The notes: generated by a model from the sequence alone, not told the origin. A DNA stretch of 64,000 nt from Pecten maximus (GCF_902652985.1 NC_047015.1:3410001-3474000), one strand, 5' to 3'. Shown: positions 1 through 14,394, counted from the stretch's first letter. Numbers and translations: made by a program.

Positions 1-133
1 ATTGAAAGGTTTCCTCCTGAATGTAACATATATTTCACCCGTATGACAGTATATTTCGATATCAATATCAATATTATGTCCAACTTGTGAAATATATGTT
101 ACATTCAACGGAAAGCCATTGAATATCCGCTAT
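1..133 (-). mobile_element. Terminal long hairpin of a Crypton-type non-autonomous element (body probably outside window)
   Basis: Imperfect inverted repeat GAATGTAACATATATTTCAC ... GTGAAATATATGTTACATTC. It ends in AATATCCGCTAT, whose reverse complement resembles the ATAGAGG start of the hairpin element at 28961. Confidence 0.5.
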
Positions 134-1303
134 TTTATCGCGGAGATCGCATGATTTCTCCTTTGTCTCTCCGCTTTATTTATTTTGTGTGTATCTTCGT
201 TAGACCACTTGTTCGTGACAACGTGTTTGTTTGTTAGTGAACGGCCACTCGGGTCATGCACGCGCAGCACACTTTGATCTCCGATTTTTTTATCCTTTGG
301 CGATATTTTGTTTGTTTTTTTTTTGAGATTTTTTTTCTATATTTCCGCTCAGGTTGACTTCATTAATTTGGTATTGTTGCAAGAAATGCCAAATTTTAAG
401 CTTTCGATGATATTCTCGCACATGAATGTTACGTCATATAAAACTTTAACATAACAGAATAAAAGTGAATGAATGCAATATTGGACTTTAGGCGATTACA
501 TTAATGCTTTAATTCATCCTTTATTAAACAATAGATAGATAAATGATGTCATTTGCAAATACCTGAGCAGTAGAACGTTTTGTTTGTGTGTTTTTTCTTT
601 CAAATATCAAAATTATCACCTTTTTGAAATTACATAGTATGTTGATTTGTTTGTGGGTTTTAAGCCTGTCATGTAGTTTTACATTGATTTAGGTGCCTGC
701 ATTTTAATCTATTGTATTTGGTTGACTTAATTATTTTTCTAAACTGACTATTCTCTGTTGAAAACTAAAAACACATCTTATTCGAATGATCATATCAAAA
801 CATACAACTTTTGTGCAGCGCGCTTAGCAATAATGCAACTGTAACATTTTAACCTATCATGAAATAAATAGAAATTGACAAAAGTAATTTTACACACATG
901 CAAATATTTTAATATTCGAGCTGTTCGAGATTACTTTTAACCGATTCGTTTTAAAAAATGATTAATAGTTTCTACTTTGTTATAGGATTTCCAAACGTCA
1001 TAATGCTGAAATTGACAGGTTATTGAGTTCGTTAAGTAAACTATTGTGATATTATTGAACATTGCATCTTGATACTCAATTTGCATTGAATATTTGAACG
1101 ATCATTTATGAAACTGGTATACAGGATTTTACTGTGTCAGAATTGTAGTTCCATGACAAGTTCAGATATGTAAATACATGAGAAATTTATTACAGTCTAT
1201 TGTGCCATTTATATATAAGTATAAATGGGTAAAATGAATATAGATATTCATTTTTTACACATGTTTGATTATTATGTATTATGTTGAGTGAAAGTATATT
1301 GTA

Positions 1304-1725
1304 TTTTATTATAAATTTATACTTTTTACACTTTCTGATAGGCTAAAACTTGGCCACATGGAGGTCAGTATTTTGTGATATTGACCTGATGTTTCTACTT
1401 TTAGAAACACCGAGTTAATATTGCGTTTATGACGTCATAATCACTGTGACGTCACAGTACACCTCTGTGAATTACATGCTTTATCAAGATAGATATAATG
1501 CAATTTGATTAAATGTCGTTGAAAAAATCATTCTCTTGTAGTCTGAATTTAGATAAAAAATGTCAATTTATAATAAAACTATTATTGCCTTTTGATTTCG
1601 GTCGATACATGGTTTTATCGACCTGAGAAAAAAATATCAACCTCGGACTTAGTCCTCTGTCGAATTTTTTTTTCAGGTTGATAAAACCATATATCGACCT
1701 CATCAAAAGGCTATAATTGTATAGT
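1304..1725 (-). mobile_element. Non-autonomous Crypton-type element (short IR ... short IR + long hairpin)
   Basis: TTTTATTATAAATT (1304-1317) and AATTTATAATAAAA (1565-1578) form an inverted pair. A ~140-nt hairpin (1581-1718) follows, with TC/TC mismatches that read GA/GA on the minus strand. Confidence 0.6.
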
Positions 1726-1947
1726 ATTGTATTCGTGCCGTATTTGTAGGTCTTTGTGGAATGTGCAAATATAGACGAATGTATGGAAACACAAATTGTC
1801 AGTGTTGACGTAATCTGAGCAACCGGTGACATGTACATGTAGGTAAAAGTATTACCTTTGACATACCGATATAGGGTATGTAGACATTCCAATGCTAAAA
1901 ATATATTTGGAAGTCATTTGACAAATAAATTGTATCCGTAATGGCTC

Positions 1948-4900
1948 ATGAGAATGGGTAACTCTTCTGCGGGTATCCTAATTGGGGTAGATCGCCGGTG
2001 GCTATCTTTAAATATACTTTCAATTGATTTCAAGATACTTTATGATGGCTTATATTTCTCTGTAATTCTTAATTATGTATCATCTCTATGTTTTGATAAT
2101 CTATCATTCATACTATTTTCACAACCTATTATTCTGCTGTTATGCAATGATGTTGAAAGTAATCCTGGTCCGTTTTATAATCTGAGCATGGTTCATCTAA
2201 ATGTTAGATCTATTAGAAACAAAACCTCCTTACTTGAAACCGAATTTGAAAGTAACGATATTGTATGCCTGACAGAAACACATTTCAAATGCATTCTTCA
2301 CTTCTTCTCCACACAGGAAAGATAGAACTACAGGCCCAGGGGGTGGGGTCATAATATACTATAAAAACACTGTCATTGTAAAAAGAAGAGCTGATCTTGA
2401 AAGGGACGATGTAGAACTGCTTTGGTCCGAGGTTTTGATTAATAATCATAAATTTCTTCTTGGTTGTTTATATAGACCTGACAGTAATATCGAATACTGG
2501 AACAAACTTGATGACACTTTAACTAGAGTCACTGATACTTCTATGGATGTTGTACTTACAGGTGATATTAATGTTAATATGCTAAATGTGCCACTAAATG
2601 ATCATTTCTCAAGACTCCTTATTAAACATAATCTATCTAGTCTTATTCTTGAACCTACACGAGTAACGCCTGTCAGTGCAACATCCATTGATATTATATT
2701 TACCAATAACAGTAACATAATTAGAAGCACCCATGTATCTCCACCATTCTGTAGTGACCATTCATCCGTCCATGCCCAAATTTCCTTTAACACATTTAAA
2801 CATATAAGCTATAAAAAAACTATTCTGATATATGATGAAGCTGATTTTGATAGTATGAATAATGCCATTTCTAATTATGACTGGTTAAATTTATCATTAA
2901 TTCAGGATACTGAGTCATTTAATGCCTCCATAATAAATTGTTTAACGGAACAGGTCAATAATTTTATCCCAACCAAAGAGATAACAGTACGACCGAATGA
3001 TAAACCATGGATAAATAACAACATTAGGCTTAAGATGAGGCAGAGAAACAGAATACACAAAAAGGTTAAAATAAATAATAATCCTCACTACTGGCAAAGA
3101 TTTCGCACCCTTAGAAATGAAACTATTGACCTGATCCGTGAAGCAAAGGCAAATTACATAAAAAAATTGAAAACTCTCTGAACGATAACTTGGTCTCCCC
3201 AGACAAATGGTGGTAGATAGCAAAATCTATCACTAACTTCTCTAATAAATCCTCCTCTATCCCCCCTCTTGAATTAAATAACCAGGTCATTCATCACCCA
3301 ATTGATAAAGCTGAAGTCCTGAACAATCACTTCACTAATATCTCTACTTCAACACCTAACCTTGAACTCCCCCAAACTGCACAAAACTTCACTAACACAT
3401 ATTCAAGTCACTGAACAAGATGTCTCTGATCAAATTAACATTCTTAATGCTAATAAGCCACCAGGCCCTGATGGCGTTATTCCAAAAATTGTTAAAAAAC
3501 TGAACTCTTCTCTCTAAAACTACCACTTACACTATTATTTAATAAATCTTTAGAATCAGGGATTGTACCTAATAGTTGGAAACAAGCAAATATTAATGCT
3601 ATTTACAAAGGAAATGGTTCTACTAATGATGTCCTAAATTACAGACCTATATCAATAACTTCTTGTTTTAGTAAATTGATGGAAAAAGTTGTTTTTAAAT
3701 ATCTTCATAATTACCTTGTTGAAAACTCTATTATAACTAAGCATCAGTCTGGATTTACACCAGGTGACTCTACAGTCAATCAGTTATTATTCATATATAA
3801 TGAAATTGTTAGTAATATGGATCAGGGAAAGGAGTTAAGGTTTGTATTTTGTGACATCAGTAAAGCCTTTGACCGAGTTTGGCACCAAGGTCTTCTTCAA
3901 AAACTAAAAAATTATGGAATTGATGGAAATTTACTTGTCTGGATTCAAAGTTATCTTACAGATAGATTACAAAGAGTTAGCACTGAAGGTTATTTCTCTC
4001 AATTCAAGGTTATTAATGCAGGGGTTCCTCAGGGATCTGTTCTTGGCCCACTTCTCTTTCTTCTTTACATAAATAATATCACAGAAAATGTTAATACTAA
4101 TATTAAGCGTTTTGCAGATGATACTTCCCTTTACATAATTATTGATGAAAACCCCGCTCAAGCTGCACAAGCACTAACCTCTGACCTTGCTAACATTAGT
4201 GAATGGGCAAACATATTGGACATCAAATTTAACCCCAATAAAACTAAATCAGTCATATTTTCAAGGAAACAAGACACAAATCACCCAACATTAACATTTC
4301 AAAACAGCTAGATTACTGACACTACATCACATACACACCTAGGGCTCACCCTTAAAGATGATGCATCATGGAGACAACATATTCAGAACATATATGAAAA
4401 AGCATACAGCAGACTTAACATTCTTCGATATATAAAAACAAAAGTCAATCGAAAATTTACACTGCTTTTATTAGGCCAATATTAGAATACGCTGACATTG
4501 TTTGGGACAACTGCACACAACAATCTGCCGATCTTCTGGAATTAATACAATTAGAAGCAGCAAGAATCATCACAGGCCTTCGTTCTGGCACTTCACATAT
4601 TAAACTGTATACGGAACTTGGTTGGGAAACTCTGGCTGCCAGAAGAATGAAACATAAACATATTATGATGTATAAACTAATGCATGGACTCGCACCGCAA
4701 TATTTACAAGATATATTGATTCCATTTACTAACAATCCTAATGATAATACTTATCCTCTCCGACACATCAGACTTTTTAACCCACCTTTATGCAGAACTA
4801 ATAGCTACATTGATAGTTTCTTCCCGTCTATGTGCCGCACAGCTAACAACACAGATCCTAACTACTCTGATTATCCCTCACTTGCAAGCTTTAAACATAA

Positions 4901-5940
4901 ACTAAATAATAATAACACATTGGAAATTGAATCTGTCAAAATCTTTAAAACTGAAGGAAACAGAAGGGCGAACATAATTTTAACTCAGCTTAGAAATTAT
5001 TGCAGTGATCTAAATTTTGATTTAAACCAGGACCATTTAACAGACAATCCTTTATGTAATTGTTCAGATGACCGTGAAACAGTTTCTCATTTTTTTCTAG
5101 ATTGTCCTCTACATAATGATTTGCGGATAAATTTGTTTACTTCCCTCAATAATTTTAATATTGACCATAACCATATTTGTATTAACATTATTTTTAATGG
5201 ATGTCCTAGTTGTGATGGAAATATTAACAGAGTAATACTTAATGATGTCCAAAATTTTATAGGAAAATCTCATCGTTTTAACTTATATAACTTATAACTT
5301 ATATAAGATCTAGAAAGCCATCATACTGTTCATCTTGAAAAATACTACTTCTTAATGAAATTAATACTTTTTAACTTAAGTTAAATATCATATATATATA
5401 TGAACCCAGTGGAACATAGCTGATATTTATTTATGTATTAAAATATACTTGCATTGATTTTAGTTCCTGTTTTCTATATATTAAATCAGTGTGTGAATAA
5501 AGCCATTAACTACAGTATTATTAAAATTACATAAATTATATGCATAGAAAATTCCTATACAGTTCAGGTGGTGTTGACCTGTGCAATATAGGCACATGGA
5601 CTTTTGGTCTAGCCACCTGTTACTGTCTCTATATTAATTAACTTTGATGTCTACAATTGTTTATTTATTTCATTCGGAACTGAATCACTGTTATATTTGT
5701 TTATATTTATATTAAAGTGTGTATGTGTGTGTGCAAGTGCTTTATGTAACATATTCTGTGTTTATCTTGTGTTGAAAAATAGTTATTTCCCTTAATTCCT
5801 TTGTTTATATTATGTAGTTCATTTCAAAATATTTAGACCAATTAATTTGAAAGATTGTAATTATATTTGATCACTCAATCCACCATGGAAAGAATTTATA
5901 TAGGCTTGCCTGTTATTCGATCCAATTGATATTAACATCA
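1948..5940 (+). mobile_element. Degenerate CR1/L2-group LINE (APE endonuclease + reverse transcriptase + C-terminal CCHC-like knuckle)
   Basis: APE motifs HLNVRSI, CLTETH, GDIN and SDH. RT motifs FCDISKAFDRV, GVPQGSVLGP and FADD. C-terminal CNC...ETVSHFFLDC. The coding region is split by stops and frameshifts into ORFs 1948-2325, 2435-3181, 3676-4311 and 4647-5297. The 3' UTR end is approximate. Confidence 0.92.
2149..2172 (+). other. 2A-like (StopGo) ribosome-skipping motif DVESNPGP upstream of the LINE APE domain
   Basis: ILLLCNDVESNPGP matches the D(V/I)ExNPGP consensus with a Leu-rich upstream segment. Confidence 0.8.
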
Positions 5941-7161
5941 TGTCAATAGAATTTGTTGAAATGAAATGGCTCATGATCTTTGAATTGAATCATTATTTGA
6001 TAAATAATAGGCAATGCCTACATAATAATAAAGCTGCGTTAATATTGTGAAATATCAAGAAGTTGTTTCAAATTTATGAATATTACGGTTAGAAGAACAA
6101 TAGCAATTCCGAATATCGTACTGTATAGCACCTTAGTCGTCAAGCATTGGTCATTATAAATGCACTTTCCGTCATAATGAATGCAGTTTTATTTGAATAG
6201 AATAATATTTACTCCGAAGGTGGGATGAATTGAATGTTGATTCCGCAGATCTTTGTGGCATCTAGGACATACACCATCCTACGATCATTTCTTCAGTCAA
6301 AATGTTTTATTTATCTATAATCTTTACCATTCCAAACTTAAGTAATGTCTTATTTCTCTAGTTATTAGAGGTATATTTTCCTTCCAAGAAAGGCATTACA
6401 AGTTCATAGTTGTGAACTTTGCAGGAGCATATTCTATTCGATAACATATTCGTTGAGTTTGGTGACAAATCAGATCTGTTCCCAACACCACACATTTTCG
6501 ACGGATGACAGATGTCAACTTCTGACGGAGAAATGAACTACATAGAGATGGTTCGAAAACTGCAAGATGGTGAAGGTTGTCACAAAGTTCTACCGTCGCC
6601 ATGATCACCTCGGGCAAAACTCATTAAGTGACTTTGTGTCGTTGCTTCTTAATATGTCTTGTGATTCCGTTCATCGAATTATCATATGATTTTATTTTCC
6701 TATGGGTCAAGTGATCATTAAGACGTCTCGAAATGAGATTTAAACTAGTCTGAAACCTTGAAAAAGTGCACCCCTTAAATCACGCACTCTTCTATTGGCG
6801 TCTAGTTGTGTTTAACGTACAATACTTTCCCCTTACTTACTAACCATACGTTTTTCCTTTGCACAAATTGAAAACAAATCACTAATTACAATGTATAATA
6901 TATAGTTAAAGCATCTACGAAGTCCTTAATTGTCCAAACATAACCTAATTCAAGAGGAGAATATGATAGTGTGACAATGTTGAATTCACGTGTACAGGAT
7001 GGTACAAAACAGAATTTACTATTCCTCTTTTATTAATTTTAATTAACTTCAAAACAGCTTTAAATGCCAAATCATTGTTGATTTTAAATGCATAATTGAA
7101 AACAAAAGTACATTTTAACAAATCAACCAATTTCTCTACAAGCAGTAAATTTCGCACAAAA

Positions 7162-10100
7162 TCACAGGATCGCACCATCAATGTTCCCAACAAGCTGTCC
7201 GAAGAGCTCGACTGCTTCATCCGCTGAAGATGGCATACGCAAACCTCTTTCACTCATAAAAGTGTGGAATTGTGCTGCATTAATATCCATACAACCCCTC
7301 GGAATGGGCACCTGATATTCTGCAGGTACTGCATCCAAATCCCCTTGATCAACAGCTATTTTATAGTCAATTGCTCCTGTGATTAAAACGTAAATTAAAT
7401 ATTATTTTATTATGCATTTTTTCACCGTGTATGTTTCGACACACCACAAACCAGTGAATATATAAATATATCATTATTTATATAATACTTAACTCGAATC
7501 AAAAGATATATCTCGCAAAATAAAAAAAATCATATACATGTAGTAAATAAATAATAATGAATATAATATGTAAACATTAATTTATGACTAGGTCACTTCG
7601 AGAACAAAGCCAGGTTTTAGTGTCCCAAAACAAATGATTTACAGCCGTGACTACAAAAATAAGATATTTTACCGTACAAACTTGGGATGTAGAACAGCAT
7701 ATCTGGTTTACCATATGGTGTTGCTTGTCTATACCTCCTTACACTATGATGATTCCATTCCATTCGAATTGTATCCAACTCGTATTGCAGCAAATCCATA
7801 AAGCAAAACCTCATGCATTCTCTGGAAAACAATATCGATCCGTTGATATACTATTTCATGCAGTTCGAAATATACTTAGTTTTGTAAGAAACGTTCCAAA
7901 CGCTAAATATTTTATAAAAACAACAAATGACTCTCCAAAATTTCCCATATAACTCCCTTCAGTCGCAACGTTGTGTTATATTCAGTCAATGTCAGTATTC
8001 GATATTTTTGTTGCACACCAAAAACATACTATTGAATTTTGATGTAAATAATATATGTGTCACAGCGAAAACCCCAGGGCAAGTTCACAGCAAAATAATA
8101 ATAAAAATAACAAATTGGGTGTTGCGTTTTAAACTGATTTTAACGTGGCATGTTCATTCAAATAATCAGATGTTAAAATACGGTCTTGGTAAAAGATACG
8201 ACACAAAGATACACAACAGAATAGGTCACTTACATATGCATGGCGTTAGTTGTACACAAAAACCCAGACGCTTCCATATCACTGAACAGGTCCATCCAAA
8301 ACTGACATCCACCTTGCTTATTGGACAACCACCAGCGCTCAATACGCTAAAATTGATCAATATTTTTTATTTTATTTTATTTCTTTTTTAATTTTAAGCG
8401 TGTATCTAAATTCGATCCCATATTTACAGGGCAAATAATTACTATTTAGGTATTTAAAAATATTTATGGTGTATTTATTCACGAATTGGATATTCTTGCA
8501 ATGATCACTAATGAATTACTACTGAAAAAACACCACATTCTGTTTGGTCAAAATTAGCGATTTGGATGTTGTGACAACTAGAAGTTTGACAATAACGTTA
8601 ACGGAATCAACTTTTAATTATTTTACTAACTGAGAACTTCGTTTTCTAGTACCATTGACCATTCACAATTAATTCATGGTTTAACTTCTTGCATATAAAT
8701 ATTGAAGTTATTTTTCATTTTTTAATATAAGAAATCAATATACTTGATTGGAGTGGGAGGAGGCTTTTATAACACTGTTTTCTGCTGCCATTTCATCTTC
8801 ATGTTCCCATCGAAATGACTTTTGCATGTCTTCAACCAAAATGTTTTCTGTTCCACCGTCCATTCGAACACATCGTGGAACACCCCCGAAAAATAATTCA
8901 CAAACATCACATTGGTAAAGCAATTTAAACGTCCAGCAAATCCGCATGGTTTACAGACATTTATGGAATGCCATGGTTGCCACAGATGGAACAAAAATAC
9001 AATATTGGCTTATAATTTGGTTATCAAATATGACTTCATCAATATATGTTTAGATTTGGTCAATATAATTATATAGTATATGTCACATAACCATAAACGC
9101 ATAAGATTACGAGTTAGAACCATATAAGCATATTATGATTAATATCGTACTGTATACACATTTTTTTTTATTTCAATACCTTTAATTTCGTTCAAGTATT
9201 CCAAGAAAAACGTCCCTATAATTTTCGGATTGTTGTTGGTATTTGCTAGCTTCAGCCATAAAATCCGACGGGAGAAACTGAAGAAAAATAAAAGCCACAT
9301 ATACACTATGCTCTTGTATCGAAAGGTCATTACAATTGTTAAAGGAGCATCCACGCGATATGCAAATTTACCACCGAAGATGAAACTGGAATATTCAAGA
9401 AACCTTTCATCGTCTCTCGGTTTTCGGGAGTTTTTCGTAGAAAACATATGTTTTTACTGTTTGTTACGTCATAATTGAAATTTTCTAAAACTATTGTAGA
9501 TGAAATGTCAACGATTTTGATTTGACGTTATTTTACAGCTCTATAGTTTCGGAGACGGTATGCCAAGTGGCAGTAGCTCGTGTATTACAAAATATGTATT
9601 ATCTCATATTACAAAAGTCGGAACAAGATTTTTTTTAACTCTGTACTGATATTTCCATATATAATGTTCGACCATTTGTTTTATATACAAAAAGTATTGA
9701 TTGCAAATCATTTATGCAAGGCATCAATTCTTTAAAAATAATTACCCACAAATTGCCCCATGGATAGGAAATCCGTAACGCTTCAATTTATCATATCCAT
9801 CGATGTGTATCAAATAATTTGGTCCTTTATTAATATATATCCGCCTGCTGAACTGATGTCGTCTTTTTCTTGAGACACCCTCGGGATCCAAGTTTCTCAG
9901 TACATCTGATACAACAGTTCTGAATGAAGAACAGAAAATTCAAAAATGCGCTTATTGAATCAGTAAGTGTTTGCGATATCATCTATTGTATTATAAATTA
10001 AATGTTTGCATGTAAATCTATTCAAAATATGAGAATTGCATTCTTGTATATTTTGTACAATATTACGGAAGGGCGATTTATAAGTTGTGATAACTTGTTC

Positions 10101-12824
10101 CCAATCCTCTTGTTTAAATTTTGCAATGAAATATGTTTAAACTTAACTTGATTATTGAGCGACAATCGGGAAAAGTAGACCTGGTTGAGCGATTATTACC
10201 TTAGAATTCGATGCCATGCAATGAAGAATTCTGTCAATAGTTAACGAAATGTAAAACGAAAACTGCACGATAGATGAAAAATAACAAAATGGGAAGCATA
10301 TGCACAATATACGTATATACCTCGGAACCACAATTCCGTGTCTTGTCAAAAGTCTGCGTGTCATACTTCTGTATCCAAGGCAAGATCCACTGTTTTGAAG
10401 CTCATGTTACAGTGAAATTTAAAGAATATTTTACAAATGAAATCGTTTAATTTGTAATCATGATAAGTAAGAAATATCTCTAAAAAAGATAAACGGCAGA
10501 ATCTTAATCATTTTAATGCAGGTTGCATGGTTTCATTGGGGTTTACGTATGATTATTTCATTTTTTTGAAAAGACTAAATTCACATCAACTGATAAGGGA
10601 TAGTATTCAATTATGTATGTTAACGTCGATACATTATGTGTCAGGTATCCATTTTATGTACTTAAAAATGAATCTGTTGATTTAAGTCTCATAGTGTTGA
10701 AATTAAAAGGAGGTAACTCGCAAATATTGGCTTTTATCGATTTTCTAGGGAACTGAGTCAGTTGACAGTTTAGTTGGCCTCGCGCCTTTTTGTTTTTCAG
10801 GGAATCTCGAATCGGGTAATTAAAGGTAACATGTATAAATTAAAGGGAAACATGTAATTATCCAGCGTACATTTAAACTCTAACTTCGCATTTTATTTCT
10901 GTATTTACCGTTATATTCACATATCAGAGACAGCAAAATCAGTGCGCTTCGTTTTTACATAAATTCTTATTTCCGTATTTATCGCTACATTAACCAATCA
11001 CAGACATCAAATCTACCAGCAGCGCCACCTGTCGCGTCATATCCGGTATCAAAAGTAAATTTATAGGCTCTGCCTAAAAAACCTTGTCTGTTTGTAGTCT
11101 CTTCATGAATGTAAGCATAATTCATATTGACAACATACTCTACAATTTATCTAGATTACATACATGTCTTCTCTTAAACAAGTGAAATGAGGGCGTATCA
11201 ATGAGGGCGTATCAATGAGGGCGTTGCTGCAACTCCCCAGTGATAAGATTAATACATTTCACAACATCATTTTTTCTGAGTTCCTTGTAATTTCAGTGCT
11301 GAAAGGGCCATTCCGTCCCGAAATTATATATCTGTAAAATAACTTAATACCGAAACCGTTGACTCTTCATTTAATCAATTAAGACGAAACATACATGAAA
11401 ATGCCCTCTTCGGTACCCACCGATAGGAAACGAATCGAAGGTGAGAATGCATTTCTGTCAATGGCGAAAGTACGAATGTTACTGCACATACCCGAATTAT
11501 TTTTCGACGAGGAAAATATATATTCATAAGACGTAGTCTTATAACATGATAATAATAATAACAATCATAATTCGAGGTTCTTATATACCGCTTTATCACG
11601 ATCTTAGAGGCCGTCTAAAAGCGTTTTACAAATTATTATCCGTGGCTATAGGGCCTTGGCAACCAGCCAATATCGTTCTCAATTCCCTGGGGAGCATACA
11701 GCCGGTGCTGTCATTTCGGCGCTCACAGCTAGCATTCTACAATTTCTAGCACTGCCCCACCACGTACTCATTTACAGCTGAGTAGACTGGAACAAGTAGA
11801 GTAAAGTATCTTGCTCAAGGATACAACATAAGTGTCGTGACCGGGACTCAAACTCGCAACCATCGGTCTCGAGCCCGGCGTCCTACCGCTAGACCGCCGT
11901 ACCACTTTATTTTCATTTAAAATGAAATGAAAAATGTTTGAGAAAACCCTAACCAAAGAGTAGGTTACTGTTACTTAGTTAAGCATTTGAGCAAATTTGT
12001 GAATTTTGAAGTTTTCAATTTGAAAAAAATGGGTAACATACAAATAGTGAATAAGTTTTTTTTTTCTTTTTTTTCTTCTATGGAGCATCTAATAGGACAT
12101 ATATTTAAGTATTATATCAATGTTTTTGTTTTTTTAGTGATTTAAGATTATTTAGAATAATAAAACCAATGTTTCTTACTTGTATGGCTATTTCAACTGC
12201 AGAAAGAGGAATATCGTTTCTTCTATATAGCCCATACCTTCTTAAAACTCGATTCAGCTGTCTTAAGCTACAACAGTGAATTATATAACATACATAATGT
12301 ACAATACTGCAACTGTAATGAATAGCAATCAAAGTATTGTAAAACGGGATAATTCCAAAGGAACCTAAAAAATATGGTTATTAAATTTGTGAAAAAATAT
12401 GAATGCATCTTACAACTCCCAATTGCAAATTCGCTTCATTAATAAATGCTAGATATCCAACTTATTTACTCTACTTCTGAATATTTGAAATCGTTCGTGC
12501 TGTTAATATGCACCAGAGAGTAATTGACACATATACTTCATATATATGTATATAGAGACAAACATGTATATACTTACCTTATTGATATCGAGTGTCGACA
12601 GAATAAGATGATTATAATTTCAGAGTACGTATAACCAGCGAAAAAGTATTCTCTTATCAAATCATTTCCTGCTTGCGTTAAGGCATTTAATCGAAATATA
12701 CATATTAAAGTGTACATATAAATAAAAATGTTTTAAAATCATACAAAACTACAAGAGTTTGCTTAAGGATACGTTCCACAAAGTCATAATCATCTCCTGA
12801 TAGGGAAGAATAAACGGGAGGCAT
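7162..12824 (-). CDS. 10-exon IS3-like DDE (integrase-core) transposase, IS3EU-type, ~400 aa; two acceptors non-canonical, so possibly a pseudogene
   Basis: Hand-spliced, phase-compatible exons: 12824-12773, 12668-12578, 12267-12180, 10406-10321, 9919-9746, 9277-9180, ~8886-8744, 8346-8234, 7821-7673, 7376-7162. Motifs GYTYSEI, LGYRSMTRRL, LDPEGV, HIDGYDKLKRYGFPIHGA (D), RMDGGTEN (D), SNQ|RIERWW (E), WNHH and GKPDMLF. The acceptors of exons 4 and 7 lack AG. Confidence 0.85.
11545..11905 (-). mobile_element. tRNA-derived SINE in intron 3 of the transposase
   Basis: Minus-strand tRNA-like head with A and B boxes (~11835-11900). CORE-like GAGTAAAGTATCTTGCTCAAGGATACAAC segment, an L2-like tail and an (ATT)n end. 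Confidence 0.7.
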
Positions 12825-12875
12825 CTTCTTACAAAGTGGCGAATGATATGGAAATACTGCGCATGTCAACCGGAA

Positions 12876-13139
12876 GGCGAAAAAGTGAAAAAGCGAAAAA
12901 GCGAAAAAATACCGCGAAAAAGCGCCGGATTGTAGGACGAAAACGTTTTCGCTTTTTCGCGTGCATTTTGTCGCTTTGTCACTTTTTCGCTATTTCGCTA
13001 TTTCGCTATTTCGCTTTTTCGTGTTAGTTTAACGCGAAAAAGCGAAATTTTAACATTAGATTTTCGCTTTTTCGCGGTTTTTCCATGGCGAAAAAGCGAA
13101 AAAGCGAAAAAGCGAAAATGGCACAAATCAGCCACCATA
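12876..13139 (-). mobile_element. Terminus of the IS3EU-type element with subterminal GCGAAAAA repeats
   Basis: The minus strand begins TATGGTGGCTGATTTGTGCC, matching TAY-type IS3EU termini. Many direct and inverted GCGAAAAA/TTTTCGC repeats follow, ~300 bp upstream of the transposase ATG. Confidence 0.65.
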
Positions 13140-13149
13140 GTGAATGATT

Positions 13150-13665
13150 ATTTTTCTCTTACCCTGTTTTCCAATCGAAGTGTGAACCAAATCCAGCGTA
13201 TGTAAACAATAACACGTGGACGGCGGATAACTGTTGTGATGAGACTGCAGCAGACGCTTTACACCTTACGATGTTGATTTCATACAAAATAAAGTTCCGG
13301 TTAGCTCGTCAAAAAGAACACCAAGCACTAGTTAACTCTGATAACTAATACTTATCTTAATTTCTGAATAATTTGTGAATAGTGCTGATATTTAACATTC
13401 AAACGTTCCGGGTCAGGTCATAGTGACGTCACCCTATCGAGAACAACAGCACGTTCCAAGAGCACGTGTAGCTTGTCTTTTCCCTAAGGCGAAATTTAAG
13501 GTTGAGATAAGAAAATCTCACCCCGGTAAAACTGCGGATATCCCTGTCCAGGGTAAGAGAAATAAAACTCTTGGATATGTGTGTATGTAGGATAGAGATA
13601 TATTCCTACCCGACTATCACAAAATGTGGTGAAACACGAAGCATGCCGAGGGATTTACCACACTA
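13150..13665. mobile_element. Crypton-type non-autonomous remnant (IR pair plus truncated hairpin)
   Basis: TTCTCTTACCCTG (13154-13166) and CAGGGTAAGAGAA (13549-13561) are inverted. A partial hairpin GTGGTGAAACACGAAGCATGCCGAGGGATTTACCAC follows. Confidence 0.45.
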
Positions 13666-14394
13666 AAGAGTCTTCTGGCATAAATGTTACTCAACCTTCC
13701 ATTTGATAAGACTCTTATTTGAGGTATCTACCAAAATCAAAAGATACTATAAATGATCATACCCATTTTTGGCAAGTTTGCACACAAATTTCATTTACTT
13801 TATGGTTCAATCTAATTAAAATTAGACTTGTAATTTCCGTTCTCCTACGATACACTGCAATACAAGATCTAACAACACCTCTTAGGAGGTCATCTCAGCA
13901 TGACATTTGAGCTTAAAATATAAGCCAATGATAACTGTTCAATGACATCATCAGTCAACCAATGACAAACAGCCTCATACGAGCCTTCGGTTGCGTCTCC
14001 TTAGTATTGAAGACTCAAATCAGCGCTTGATTTGTAATACGCAAAATTTCACAAACATTATTGGTAGACTACTCCAATGGCTACGATAATAAAAAAAAGT
14101 TGCTAATCCTCTGGACGTTACATTGAAAGAAGAACAGGAAACGATTAGGCCTATATATTGTCTTGTCGACAGGACGGACTGTGTTGCCAACTGGATTTTG
14201 AAAACCGTTACCATACACGTTATTCCCTTTCAAACTAACTTTTTACACGACGCTGCTGTCTTCACTCTCTCTGTCTCTGTCTCTGTCTCTTACTCGCAAA
14301 ACCATGCTTATGGGGAATTAGGCAAACTCCGTGGTTATGGGGAGTGGCATTTCCCGCTTCATTACCGCTTCAAGGATAACACTTATTAATTCCA

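Noticed and set aside
6420-6480. ILFDNIFVEFG resembling a Penelope RT segment
   Set aside because: The match is too short and no following GIPMG motif is present.
12836-13027. Basic K/R-rich ORF
   Set aside because: It is the translation of the GCGAAAAA subterminal repeats.
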